Shown: positions 46,775 through 56,451, numbered from the stretch's first letter. The stretch: DNA of 64,000 bases from Abditibacteriaceae bacterium (GCA_019239895.1 JAFAZH010000022.1:190583-254582), one strand, 5' to 3'. Translations and numbers: made by a program. Notes: a model not told the origin generated them from the letters alone.

Positions 46775-48724
46775 ATGGCTATAACTCATCGTCCGTTTCC
46801 GTTGGAAGAAAAGCGTGGCTGGGGCATTGCCGACCCCTCGCAGGTGCGGCGGCGGGCCTGGTTGTGCGTGGGCATTCTGTGCCTGGCCTTTGGTGGCCTG
46901 CTAGCTCGCTTATGGTATTTGCAGGTGGTTGAAGGCGCGGAGATGTTGGCGCAGGCTCAGCATAACCGCATCAAGCGCGTGCCCCTTCCCGCCCCGCGCG
47001 GTTTAGTCTTGGATCGGCATTTAGAAGTGTTGGCGACTTCACGCGCCTCGCATTCCGTGGCCGTGGTGCCTGCGGCACTTCCTTCGGCCAAGCGCGACCC
47101 GGATGGACGCAGCAATATTCTAAAAACGCTAGGGTTTCTGTTGCACGCGGCACCCTCAGAAATCGAGGCACAACTTCAGGAAGCCCATGCACACGGAGGT
47201 CACGACTATGATCCGGTGCGCGTGGCCGAGGGCGTTGACTTACCAACTCTGACGCTTATTGAAGAAAACAAACGGCGGTTGGCTCCCGATGGCTCGGCCC
47301 CGGCAGTGCTTATCACCGATGATATAGCCCGCACCTATCCCAATGCTCAACTGGCATCGCACATCCTCGGTTATACAGGCCGTGTAAATGAAGAGGATAT
47401 TAATGCTTCGGAAGACGCCCATGCCAGAGACCCTGCCACGCGTGCCCTGCGGTTCGACGATATTGTTGGCAAGAGCGGGATTGAAAAAGAGTATGACAAC
47501 GAACTGAGTGGCATAGATGGCAGCGAACAATATGAGGTGGATGCCCGACTGCGTCCGGTGCAGCCGCTCGGCAGTATTAAGGAAAAGCCGGGGCACACCC
47601 TGGTGCTGACCATAGACGCGAAGTTGCAACGCGCCGCCGAACAAGCCCTGGGCGCAGCCCGCAATAGTGGTGCCGTGGTAGCAGTTGACCCGCGCAATGG
47701 CGAAGTCCTCGCCTTAGCCTCGCGGCCCACCTTCGACCCGAATATCTTTTCCTTACCGCCGCGCTCTCAAGCCTTCCGCACAGCTTATAAAGCCCTAGTG
47801 CAAAATAGCCAGCATCCCCTCGTGGATCGCGCTGTGACTTCGCGCTTCCCGCCTGGCTCAACTTTTAAGATGGTGACGGCTTCGGCAGGTTTACAGCAGG
47901 GCACCATCACACCGGGCATCGTGCGACATTGCGGTGGCGGTTATCACTTGGGCCACGCTTTTTTCGGTTGCTGGCAAACGCATGGCGAAGTTAATCTCAT
48001 GACCGCATTGGCGAAGTCGTGTGACGTTTACTTTTATGAGGCCGCTTTGCAAATGGGCGACCCGGAAAGCACTGGCCCCGCCTATCTCGCGCAAGTTGCC
48101 CGCCATTTTGGTCTGGGTCAACGCACTGGCATTGATTTACCCGTAGATGCCGCAGGCTTAATCCCTGACCCGGAATGGCGTGCAAAATATCACGCGGGGA
48201 ATCCTTCTATGGCGCACTGGTATCCCGGCAACACGCTTAACATGAGCATTGGCCAGGGCGATGTCTTAACAACTCCACTGCAAATGTCGCTCGTCGCTTC
48301 CGCAGTGGCCAATGGCGGCACCCTCTGGAAACCACATCTGCTGAAAGAAGTGCGCGACAGCAATAATAAAATCATCAAACAAGTGCAACCACAGGGCCGC
48401 AGCGTTGAGGTTGAGCGCCGTTACCTAGACCTGGTGCGCGCCGGAATGCGCCTAGTGGTGACCAATGGCACGGGTAAGGTTATCAATCTCCCCCAGGTGG
48501 AAGTGGCAGGCAAAACCGGTTCTGCCGAAGACAGTCACCATGCCCTCCCTCACGCCTGGTTTGTCTGTTTTGCACCCTACCAAAACCCACAAATCGCCAT
48601 CGCCTGTATGGTCGAAAACGCTGGCCACGGCTCCGAAAACGCCGCACCCGTCGCTAAAAAGATTTTAGAAGCGATGTTCCCGCCTCCTAAACTCCCTGCT
48701 GGTGTGAAAGTGGCGGAACGTTAA
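46775..48724 (+). CDS. mrdA: Penicillin-binding protein 2 (peptidoglycan D,D-transpeptidase, MrdA/FtsI family)
   Basis: 649 aa. N-terminal TM, SxxK (STFK), SxN and KTG (AGKTGSAE) motifs. Confidence 0.85.
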   Translation: MAITHRPFPLEEKRGWGIADPSQVRRRAWLCVGILCLAFGGLLARLWYLQVVEGAEMLAQAQHNRIKRVPLPAPRGLVLDRHLEVLATSRASHSVAVVPAALPSAKRDPDGRSNILKTLGFLLHAAPSEIEAQLQEAHAHGGHDYDPVRVAEGVDLPTLTLIEENKRRLAPDGSAPAVLITDDIARTYPNAQLASHILGYTGRVNEEDINASEDAHARDPATRALRFDDIVGKSGIEKEYDNELSGIDGSEQYEVDARLRPVQPLGSIKEKPGHTLVLTIDAKLQRAAEQALGAARNSGAVVAVDPRNGEVLALASRPTFDPNIFSLPPRSQAFRTAYKALVQNSQHPLVDRAVTSRFPPGSTFKMVTASAGLQQGTITPGIVRHCGGGYHLGHAFFGCWQTHGEVNLMTALAKSCDVYFYEAALQMGDPESTGPAYLAQVARHFGLGQRTGIDLPVDAAGLIPDPEWRAKYHAGNPSMAHWYPGNTLNMSIGQGDVLTTPLQMSLVASAVANGGTLWKPHLLKEVRDSNNKIIKQVQPQGRSVEVERRYLDLVRAGMRLVVTNGTGKVINLPQVEVAGKTGSAEDSHHALPHAWFVCFAPYQNPQIAIACMVENAGHGSENAAPVAKKILEAMFPPPKLPAGVKVAER

Positions 48725-48740
48725 GCCCTCACTATTCAGT

Positions 48741-48868
48741 CTTTCAACACAAAGAACACGAAGAATACAAAGGTCGCAGAGGATAAGTAGAAGTGGAGAA
48801 GGCGTTGCTTTGACCTTCTCTCCCTTTTGTGCCCTCTGTGCCATCTTTGTGTTCTTTGTGTTGAAAAG
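48741..48868. repeat. Composite hairpin element E6 (arms ttcaacacaaagaacacgaagaatacaaagg / cctctgtgccatctttgtgttctttgtgttgaa; inner gaggataagtagaag)
   Basis: Read directly. It lies between the convergent PBP2 (+) and ADP-ribosylglycohydrolase (-) genes. Confidence 0.6.
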
Positions 48869-48879
48869 AAATAAGGAAG

Positions 48880-49797
48880 CTATAACTGCTGTATTAGCCC
48901 TTCTACTAACTCCATACCTCTAAGCCGCGTCCGCCAGCGTTGAGGAATCGCCTCAATACCATCGCGCAGCCCGGCGATGCCGCCAGCGACACAAGCGGTG
49001 GTATCCGTATCATGGCCCAGCGCAATAGCGGCTTTGACGACTTGCTCATAAGACCCTGCATTCATAACTAAACGGGCCGAGCGGAGACAATCTACCACGT
49101 AGCCTGAGCCAGTTCCATGCGGCTCATCATCGGGGCGAATAGACCATTCGAGTTCAGTCGTGGCTGCTTCATCATGGGTGTATATTTCACGCAAAGTCGA
49201 GACGGCTGCTATCCAGGGATCACTAGCTTCTTCCATAATGCGTCGTGCCCACAGGCAATACAGCGCGCAGCAAACTTGTGAGCGTAAATGGCCGTGCGTG
49301 ACTCTGGATTGCAGTTGTGCATCACGCACTAATTCCGCATCAGAACCCTGGTGCCAGAGTGCCAACGGCAACACCCTCATCAAAGAACCATTGCCGTTAT
49401 CGTAATCACCCGTAGGCCCTGCTTGCAAGGCTGGAGTTCCGGCACGAATAGCGCGTAATGCTTTAGCGGTCGTAATCCCGACATCAAACACAATGTTACC
49501 TACGGCATAGTAACCTTCCTCGTACCAGCGCAGCATTCGCTGCCCAAAATCTTCAGCATCAAATTGCCCACAGGCTAACAGCGATGCCAAAAGGCAAAGT
49601 GCCTGTGCCCCATCATCCGACCAGGTACCAGGTGGCACACCCTGATGAGCGCGGTGGAAACCAACCGGAGGATCAAATTCGATCTGCTCTAACGGTGGCA
49701 ACTCTTCAGGTGGATGAAATTCGTAAGGCACCCCAAGGGCATCGCCTACTAAGAGACCTATTATGGCACCTTCGATTCGCTCTTGTCGTGTCGGCAT
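48880..49797 (-). CDS. ADP-ribosylglycohydrolase family protein
   Basis: 305 aa. N-terminal IEGAIIGLLVGDALGVPYEF and C-terminal HDTDTTACVAGGIAG motifs typical of the ARH/DraG family. Confidence 0.8.
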   Translation of the reverse strand: MPTRQERIEGAIIGLLVGDALGVPYEFHPPEELPPLEQIEFDPPVGFHRAHQGVPPGTWSDDGAQALCLLASLLACGQFDAEDFGQRMLRWYEEGYYAVGNIVFDVGITTAKALRAIRAGTPALQAGPTGDYDNGNGSLMRVLPLALWHQGSDAELVRDAQLQSRVTHGHLRSQVCCALYCLWARRIMEEASDPWIAAVSTLREIYTHDEAATTELEWSIRPDDEPHGTGSGYVVDCLRSARLVMNAGSYEQVVKAAIALGHDTDTTACVAGGIAGLRDGIEAIPQRWRTRLRGMELVEGLIQQL

Positions 49798-49860
49798 GAT
49801 TTTACCTTACTGCAAATTGAATATAGAAAACGGGACAACATTGAAGCGTTGTCCCGTTTG

Positions 49861-50030
49861 ACCTACCCCCCGTCCTCCAGCCCATCAGACAGCATATTGA
49901 TGCTGTCTGATGGGCACCCAACCTTCCCGAACCGGGAAGGGGGTGTCAGAGGATGACTTTCTATTTTAAACCTTTACTGTAGAGTAGTCCTTTGTCCCCC
50001 TCGCCGTTTCGGAGAGGGGACAGGAGAGAG
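49861..50030. repeat. Cluster of hairpins including a solo copy of the 46571-type repeat (acctaccccccgtcc ... ccttcccgaaccgggaagggggtgtcagaggatgacttt) plus the hairpins catcagacagcat-attg-atgctgtctgatg and cccctcgccgtttcggagagggg
   Basis: Read directly. It lies between the flotillin stop (50032) and the ADP-ribosylglycohydrolase start (49797). Confidence 0.5.
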
Positions 50031-50031
50031 G

Positions 50032-51906
50032 TTAATCCTCTTCTATGGTGATATGCGTACCATTGGCACCATTGGTGATGAGCGTCCCATTACTACCGGT
50101 TTGCTTTTCCACGACTGCGTTAGCGACCGAGGCGGCGGCATCGCCGACCTGGGAAATGACTTGCTTGACACTTTCAGGGGCACTAAGCATCACACCATCG
50201 AAGAGTGCGCCTACGCCCAAGCCTTTGCTGAGGTTGCCAATCATGTTGCCCATTGTGTTCGGGTCGCCATAGACCTTGAAGTCAGCGTGCGAAAGCGCGT
50301 TACCAATGGCCTGGGCCATCGCAATCTGCGATTCTTTCATCGCCTCGATTTGCAGCTTCGCCTTCTCAAATTCGATAGCAGCCCGTTCATAGGTCTGCTT
50401 GTTCTCCAGGGCGCGTCGTTCGATTTCAACCTCTAACTCTTTGACCTTCACCTGCTCGCGGGCCACCAACACGTCTACCATCTCCAACGCCTGTTGACCT
50501 TGGGCTTCCAACTCTTTGGCTTTCATTTCGGCTTCAGCTAGGGTGATGCGCGCCTGGGCTTGCTTCGCGGCGACTTCGCGCTCGACTTCCATCTGCTTCA
50601 GGCGGGCAAAGGCGGCAACTTCGGCATCGGTTTGACGCTTGATGCGATCTTGCTCAATAAGCTGCTTGGCTCCGGTCAGCTTTACCCCGGCGTCGCGTTC
50701 CGCCGCTGCCAGGGCTTGCACCGTAATGACCTGCTGGTTCGCTCGCTCGCGCTCGGCCTGCGCCGTTAAAGCTTCAGCTTCGGCTTTGGCCCGCGCCGCT
50801 TCTTTTTCGGCGACCACAATTTCGCGGTCACGCTCGGCTACTTCCACGGTCTGGCCGCGCACTACATCCGCTGCCTGCACCGCTTGCTCTTTGGTGATCC
50901 GCGTTTGTTCCTTTTGCTGCTCGGTGTGGATGAGCATCTGCTCTTTTTCCACAGCACGCTTTTGCACCGCAAGGTCTTGAGCGATCTGCGCTTCTTTCAC
51001 GGCGCGTTCTTGCTCGATGGCGAATTCTTTCTGCTCACGTTCGCGGGCCGCGCGGAACTTCATCACTTCCGCCGCTTGCTGCGCTTCAGCCTCGGCCTGC
51101 TGGCGTTGCAGCTCCAGGATTTGCTGGCGCGTTTGCACATTCTTTTCGGCAATGGCCCGTTCCGCTGCCCGCTCTAAGTGGGTCGTTTCAACATTCTGCG
51201 CGGTGGTAATCTCCGTCGCTTTGCGGCGTCCCTGCACGTCAAAGACGTTGACTTGAGAGAGTTCGCTCGGATCAAGCTGGTCGAGCGACGAAATCGTTAC
51301 CGATTCCAGATCAATACCGTTGGGACTGAGGTCACGGCGCACATGCTCTTGCACCACCTGGGCAAACTCATCACGGCGCGCATGGATTTCAAACAAGTCC
51401 ATCTGGGCCGCCGCGTGGCGTAGCGCCGAAACCAATTTTTCACGCACGAGGTCTTCCACCGTTTGAGCGTCTACCGATTTATCACCCAGACTGCGCGCCG
51501 CCTGCAAAATGCCATCCTGGTCGGGCTTGACCTTGATGTAAAACTCGGCATTCACATTAACGCGCAAGTTGTCTTTGGTAATCAGCGCATGATCGCGCCC
51601 GTTCAGGGCCACGCCGAGCTTCATGGTTTCGAGCGAGACGGGCAACTTGCGGTGAAAAAGCGGAATCACGTAAGCGCCGGAATCGAGCACCACCATTGCG
51701 CCACCGCGTCCAGTACGAACAAACGCTTCATTAGCACTGGTGCGCTGATAGAAGGCGATAAACAACGCCATCCACGCCGCCAGCGACCAACACAGAATCC
51801 CGACCACACTCAGCACAAGCACAACGATCTCACTCATGTGATTGGCGATGGGAAAGCCGATGAGAGCGGCCCCCATTGCGAACAGCAAAACGATTAACGC
51901 AGCCAT
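50032..51906 (-). CDS. Flotillin-like SPFH/band-7 protein (YqiK/FloA-like)
   Basis: Start at MAALIVLL (AAGGAG RBS). N-terminal TM helices and an SPFH domain, then a long E/A/Q-rich coiled coil (flotillin domain). Confidence 0.8.
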   Translation of the reverse strand: MAALIVLLFAMGAALIGFPIANHMSEIVVLVLSVVGILCWSLAAWMALFIAFYQRTSANEAFVRTGRGGAMVVLDSGAYVIPLFHRKLPVSLETMKLGVALNGRDHALITKDNLRVNVNAEFYIKVKPDQDGILQAARSLGDKSVDAQTVEDLVREKLVSALRHAAAQMDLFEIHARRDEFAQVVQEHVRRDLSPNGIDLESVTISSLDQLDPSELSQVNVFDVQGRRKATEITTAQNVETTHLERAAERAIAEKNVQTRQQILELQRQQAEAEAQQAAEVMKFRAAREREQKEFAIEQERAVKEAQIAQDLAVQKRAVEKEQMLIHTEQQKEQTRITKEQAVQAADVVRGQTVEVAERDREIVVAEKEAARAKAEAEALTAQAERERANQQVITVQALAAAERDAGVKLTGAKQLIEQDRIKRQTDAEVAAFARLKQMEVEREVAAKQAQARITLAEAEMKAKELEAQGQQALEMVDVLVAREQVKVKELEVEIERRALENKQTYERAAIEFEKAKLQIEAMKESQIAMAQAIGNALSHADFKVYGDPNTMGNMIGNLSKGLGVGALFDGVMLSAPESVKQVISQVGDAAASVANAVVEKQTGSNGTLITNGANGTHITIEED

Positions 51907-51941
51907 TTTGGCTTCTCCTTTGCCGAATCCGGGTAGTCCTG

Positions 51942-52847
51942 CTACTCGGTGTCCGGCTTCCAACTTTTCACCCGGTAATAATCTCCCTCCGGGTGATACT
52001 CAATGACGAGCACCTGTTCGCCTTTGGCGATAGGCGCACCATCGGGCGCAATGCGACATGGCAAATGATGCAGGGTGCCGACTGCATCGCGTGCGTACAC
52101 GGAACCCATGCGATCCGTGATGGTTGACACGGCTTCCCCTAAGCGTCCCTCCAAGTCCCTTTTCGTTACAGCAAATGTTTCATCGCTCGGCGTGAAGCGG
52201 GACATGACCGCCGAAAGAAGAATTGTTATTACCAGACTACCCGCAACTGTCGCCAGCAGCGATGGCACAATAAAGCGGGCCGGATCATGGGCCGATTTGC
52301 CAAAAAACTGGTTGGCAGCCCACCCGAAAATGCCCCAGAAGAGCATAAAGTTTTGCGCCAACATCAGGGGCGGTATATTTTGAATATGCAGTGCTGCGGC
52401 CAGGCTCCAGGGTGTTGGATGGACAGTAGCACGCACCATCCCTTGTGTCATATCTCCTATCCCCTCAGAGCGCCCGTCTTGCCCATGACTGGAATGACCA
52501 TGCTGAGAATTTCCATGATGGGAATGGCCCTGCGCGTGGCTGCCATGCTGTCCATGCGCCGCATGGGAATGAGCGGCCTGTCCGTGCGTGGCAGCGTGGC
52601 CGTGTGCTGTGCCATGCCCGCCACCGTGCGTTGCACTATGCCCTACATGACCCCCATGTCCCAAGCTATGGCCGACGCTCTGCCCGACATGGCCATGCCC
52701 TAAGTGCATTCCATGCCCGGCATGATGGCCGCCCATGCCATGACGCCCCGCGCCCAGGACAGAGAGCAGCACTAACACCACACCCAGGCAGAACGGGATC
52801 ACATAGATCAAGTTCCACCACTGGCCGAGTTCAGCCACAGTATTCAT
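51942..52847 (-). CDS. NfeD-like (YqiJ-type) membrane protein with a ~95-aa His/Gly-rich insertion and C-terminal OB-fold
   Basis: 301 aa. TM helices. The HGMGGHHAGHGMHLGHGHVG...HGHSSHG low-complexity His-rich tract. C-terminal GEQVLVIEYHPEGDYYRV is NfeD OB-like. Immediately upstream of the flotillin gene. Confidence 0.6.
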   Translation of the reverse strand: MNTVAELGQWWNLIYVIPFCLGVVLVLLSVLGAGRHGMGGHHAGHGMHLGHGHVGQSVGHSLGHGGHVGHSATHGGGHGTAHGHAATHGQAAHSHAAHGQHGSHAQGHSHHGNSQHGHSSHGQDGRSEGIGDMTQGMVRATVHPTPWSLAAALHIQNIPPLMLAQNFMLFWGIFGWAANQFFGKSAHDPARFIVPSLLATVAGSLVITILLSAVMSRFTPSDETFAVTKRDLEGRLGEAVSTITDRMGSVYARDAVGTLHHLPCRIAPDGAPIAKGEQVLVIEYHPEGDYYRVKSWKPDTE

Positions 52848-53138
52848 ATGTCACTTCCTTGTTGCGACTTAGGGAAAAAGGAGAGGCGACACGCCAAAAG
52901 TGCAATTGCAGGGGTAGGACGGAGCAGAGGGCTAACCGTTAACCAAGCCCAGGTCTTGCTCAGGCTTTGTGAGTTATGCGTGTCCAGGTCGTTCAATGTT
53001 AAGAGGAGCGAAAATTCATATCACTCCAATGCGTGATTTTATCGCTAACCTGGTGCTTGTCAAGAGGCTTTACTTAAATTTTATTTATTACTGACATAAA
53101 TAGAGTTTATCAAATAATTGGTGGGCTGCTGCTTATAT

Positions 53139-53447
53139 TTAAGATACATCCGTAGCAGATTCGGATTGCCTAGCCGCGTTAGAGGCTTTATTATTAGCAG
53201 GCAGGGCATCAGCAGTATCCGTCAGAGCATCATTCAGCTTTTGCGACTTGTTTACACCATTGCTCTTGGCCTGCTCATATTCACGACGCGCTTTCATTTC
53301 TGAATAGCCAACCAGCACCGCCACGCCACCCCAGAAGAGCAGCCCAACCGTGATCAAAGCTTGTAACGTCACCACAAAAGCTGCCCACTGATTAACCGCC
53401 AGTGAAATTCCAACTGCAAGCAGCACCAACCCAATCAAAATGGCCAT
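53139..53447 (-). CDS. Small hypothetical membrane protein (two predicted TM helices)
   Basis: 102 aa. MAILIGLVLLAVGISLAV ... ALITVGLLFWGGVAVLVGY. Confidence 0.4.
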   Translation of the reverse strand: MAILIGLVLLAVGISLAVNQWAAFVVTLQALITVGLLFWGGVAVLVGYSEMKARREYEQAKSNGVNKSQKLNDALTDTADALPANNKASNAARQSESATDVS

Positions 53448-53474
53448 AGTGGGAACAGTTTTAATCGAACCTCT

Positions 53475-53595
53475 CCCCTGCCCTTATCCGTAACGGCGGG
53501 GAACACAGGTCTACTCTATAGTACGAGGTCTAACCATAAAGGAGTGCTCTACCCTGCCCCTTCTCGTTTCTGGCGGGAATAGCGGTTAGGTCTCG
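53475..53595 (+). repeat. Two direct copies of a ~40-nt motif (ccctgccc-tt-tc-gt-tc-ggcgggaa ... ggtctac/ggtctcg) in a divergent intergenic region
   Basis: Read directly: cccctgcccttatccgtaacggcggggaacacaggtctac and accctgccccttctcgtttctggcgggaatagcggttaggtctcg. Confidence 0.4.
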
Positions 53596-53687
53596 TCGTA
53601 TAAATGATCTAAAGCAGTTATAACACGCCGCTCGTGTTCTAACAATTAGAGACTGTTAAAATGGGGGTTAAGGAGTGTTGTCACGGA

Positions 53688-53716
53688 TTGACAAAATTCC
53701 GATAGAGGCGCATAAT
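53688..53716 (+). promoter_or_regulatory. Near-consensus sigma-70 promoter (TTGACA-17 bp-CATAAT) for the TIGR03118-like gene
   Basis: ttgacaaaattccgatagaggcgcataat; 27 bp upstream of the ATG at 53744. Confidence 0.45.
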
Positions 53717-53743
53717 ACGGGCAGGTTGCGGAGGCAATGTCTC

Positions 53744-54886
53744 ATGGATAATAAATTTTCTGCCATACGGCATAAAACCAGTAATCGAGTGTTGACAGCG
53801 GTCGGAATCGTGGCGTTAGGTCTTATGGTAGCGGGATGTGGCGGCGGGGGTGGCAGCAATAATCTGGAGGTCAGCCCGACCCCCACTCCTGGCGTAGTGA
53901 CGACATCTTTACGGCAGACCAATCTGGTTTCCGACCAGGCCGGAGTTGCCGCCAGAAGAGATGCCAACTTAGTTAATCCCTGGGGCTTGGTGGTGGGGCC
54001 GTCGGGCAATTTACAAGTCGCCGATAACGGCACCGGAGTCGCCACCGCTTATACCAGTGCCGGGAACTTGAGCACGCCGACGATTAGAATTCCCACGGCT
54101 GCCGGGCAAACAGGAGCGGGTAAACCCACCGGTATCGTGGTCAACAATAGCTCTCGCTTCTTTGTGCCCAACGGCAGCAAATCGGCCCCCGGCACCTTTA
54201 TTTTTGCGGGCGAAGATGGCACTATTTCGGTCTGGAACGCCTCTATTGATCCCATAACCGCAACGCGTGCGGTGGATAGGTCAAATACGGGCGCGGTTTA
54301 CAAGGGCTTGGCCATCGCCAGTAGCGGCACGGTCAGCACCCTTTATGCCGCTAACTTCCATAGCGGCGCGATTGACATCTTTAATGATACCTTTACCTAT
54401 ATTCGCTCCTTTAGCGATTCCACTATTCCCGCTGGCTTTGCCCCTTTCAACATCCAGAATATCAATGGCAGACTCTATGTAACCTATGCCAAACAGGAAG
54501 CGCCGCAAAATGAAGATGACCAGCCCGGAGCAGGCAATGGCTTTGTGGATGTCTTTGATATCGCCGGGCACCTATTGAAGCGGCTGGTTTCTCAAGGCCA
54601 GCTTAACTCGCCGTGGGGTCTGGCCCTGGCTCCCGCCAAATTCGGTAATTTCAGCAATGCCCTGTTGGTGGGTAACTTTGGCGATGGCCGCATCAACGCG
54701 TTTGATGTGAACACAGGTAAGTTCCTTGGCACGCTTAAAAATGCTCAAGGCAACCCCATCACCATTTCCGGCTTGTGGTCTCTGGCCTTCGCCAATGCTA
54801 ACGGCGGTTCTGGCAGCACCCTCTTCTTCACCGCCGGGACAGGCGACGAAAAGCATGGACTCTTCGGCAAATTAGAGCTGAGTTGA
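53744..54886 (+). CDS. TIGR03118-family beta-propeller lipoprotein
   Basis: Start at MDNKFSAI... with lipobox LMVAGC. Overall similarity to the TIGR03118 family (NLVNPWGLVVGPSGN, LNSPWGLALAP, GNFGDGRINAFD). Confidence 0.6.
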   Translation: MDNKFSAIRHKTSNRVLTAVGIVALGLMVAGCGGGGGSNNLEVSPTPTPGVVTTSLRQTNLVSDQAGVAARRDANLVNPWGLVVGPSGNLQVADNGTGVATAYTSAGNLSTPTIRIPTAAGQTGAGKPTGIVVNNSSRFFVPNGSKSAPGTFIFAGEDGTISVWNASIDPITATRAVDRSNTGAVYKGLAIASSGTVSTLYAANFHSGAIDIFNDTFTYIRSFSDSTIPAGFAPFNIQNINGRLYVTYAKQEAPQNEDDQPGAGNGFVDVFDIAGHLLKRLVSQGQLNSPWGLALAPAKFGNFSNALLVGNFGDGRINAFDVNTGKFLGTLKNAQGNPITISGLWSLAFANANGGSGSTLFFTAGTGDEKHGLFGKLELS

Positions 54887-54902
54887 TTTTAGCCACGGAA
54901 AA

Positions 54903-55060
54903 GAGGAGGGAGAATCGAGGATAGAAGATAGAGAATTGAGGATAGAAAAGGCTAAGCAGAGGCCAGTTGTCCTCTCAGCGCCGTGGCGATCCTCGATCCT
55001 CCATCTTCGATCCTCCATCTTCGATCCTCCATCTTCGATCTTCCATCCTCGTCTCTTCTT
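54903..55060. repeat. Hairpin/tandem-repeat element E7: gaggatagaag repeats facing four tandem 16-bp catcttcgatcctc repeats
   Basis: Read directly. It begins 17 bp after the stop of the TIGR03118-like gene. Confidence 0.55.
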
Positions 55061-55095
55061 ATTTGAAACTCTCCTTAAAGATAGGCGTCTGAGAG

Positions 55096-55509
55096 TTGGA
55101 GGTAGCTGATACCATGTCAGAATTATTAATGCGTCTCTTCGGCCATCGGATGTTTCATAAAGCTGTCGCCCAACACACGAACCACGGCGGCGTGCTGGAT
55201 GTGCAATTGGGTTTTGCGATGCTGCGCGACCGTCGCGTGCCGTTGACTTCAAAGCTTATGGCTCTAGCTCTGGGCGCTGTGGGAGTGGCTGTGCTGATTA
55301 ATCTGGAACTGCCCTTGCAGGCACTCCTTGCCCTGATGTTGCCGATTCTGGGTTTTGCCGGAGACTTTGTGATAGATGGCGTGGAGGGCGTCGTTGGCCC
55401 CTTCGTCTTAGCCTCACTGCTGCTGCCTCACCTTGCACCGGAGCCAATTACCCAGGCCATTCGCAGCGAACGCGCTGGACTGCCCGCTCCTGTCAGTGTT
55501 AGAAACTAA
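55096..55509 (+). CDS. Hypothetical membrane protein (DUF1232/YkvA-like)
   Basis: 137 aa. Arg-rich segment followed by hydrophobic helices (LMALALGAVGVAVLINL). Confidence 0.4.
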   Translation: MEVADTMSELLMRLFGHRMFHKAVAQHTNHGGVLDVQLGFAMLRDRRVPLTSKLMALALGAVGVAVLINLELPLQALLALMLPILGFAGDFVIDGVEGVVGPFVLASLLLPHLAPEPITQAIRSERAGLPAPVSVRN

Positions 55510-55584
55510 GCAGCACATTACTTAATCGTGAATCAATCAAGAGCCTGATTACTAACTCAAGTAATCATGCTCTTATTATTTCTA

Positions 55585-56451
55585 TTAGTTCCTATCGCCT
55601 GCGGCGTAAGGCGGGCCGGGGTCAAGATCGAGGACAACACGTTCTGGTGGTGCCAGGGCATCCTCGTGTTGGCAGCGCCATTTGTCATCGCTTTTGATGC
55701 CTTGAATGGTATGCCCGTCCTCAATAATGTCCCCTCTGTCAAAAGTGAAAAAGGCTGAGTTGTAGAGCACATGGCCAACTTCATTGGGGTCTAATTTGAC
55801 AAAGTGACATTGCAAATCCGGTAAGCCCAGCGTAGCCAATCCTCTTGTATCCATTAGTTTCTCACCAGGAAGACGACCCTGAACTTCAAATAGCCGCACG
55901 TTGATAGCGCCATACAGCGGATTGTAATTCTCACCGACTTGATGGGCTGCTATATAAGCGGACGGTTCGATGAATTGCTGGCTGGGCTGCCAGTAGATGG
56001 CGCGGCAGGGAGCCACTTCTAAGAGGGCCAGCAGTGCCCCCGTGAACAGGTCGAGACGGGTGTGCGGTTCTAATCCGGCTGCCAGCATATCGGTGAGCAG
56101 TAAAGTCGCTTTACACTCGCCCACCACAGCCCGCGCTTGCGGCCAATCCCAGGTTTGTTGAAAGGCACTTTCATAGTGCTCCATCTCTAATGGCCCCTTA
56201 GCGGGAGCAATTAAGCACTGAGCAGGCAACTCGCCATTTTGATAACGAACTTTATGATCCGCATAGGCAAAGGCCAGGGTATCGGAAGTCGTTGAACCAT
56301 CCAACGGGATGACATTACCACAGTGGGCACGCAGTTTCTCTAATAATTCCGCTTTATTGATTTGTGGTAACTGCTCGTAAAAGAGCACCACTGCGTAAAC
56401 TCCGGCAACGTCTCTGTCCGGCACAGCCGTAGGCTGGTTTGGCTGCTGCAT
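55585..56451 (-). CDS. Hypothetical protein (possibly DUF4261-like)
   Basis: 288-aa ORF with good coding character. The motif MDTRGLATLGLPDLQ is reminiscent of DUF4261; the assignment is tentative. Confidence 0.45.
   Translation of the reverse strand: MQQPNQPTAVPDRDVAGVYAVVLFYEQLPQINKAELLEKLRAHCGNVIPLDGSTTSDTLAFAYADHKVRYQNGELPAQCLIAPAKGPLEMEHYESAFQQTWDWPQARAVVGECKATLLLTDMLAAGLEPHTRLDLFTGALLALLEVAPCRAIYWQPSQQFIEPSAYIAAHQVGENYNPLYGAINVRLFEVQGRLPGEKLMDTRGLATLGLPDLQCHFVKLDPNEVGHVLYNSAFFTFDRGDIIEDGHTIQGIKSDDKWRCQHEDALAPPERVVLDLDPGPPYAAGDRN

Noticed and set aside
54903-55060. CRISPR array
   Set aside because: The repeats are 11-16 bp, tandem and without unique spacers. No cas genes are nearby. 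It fits the hairpin/tandem-repeat element family instead.
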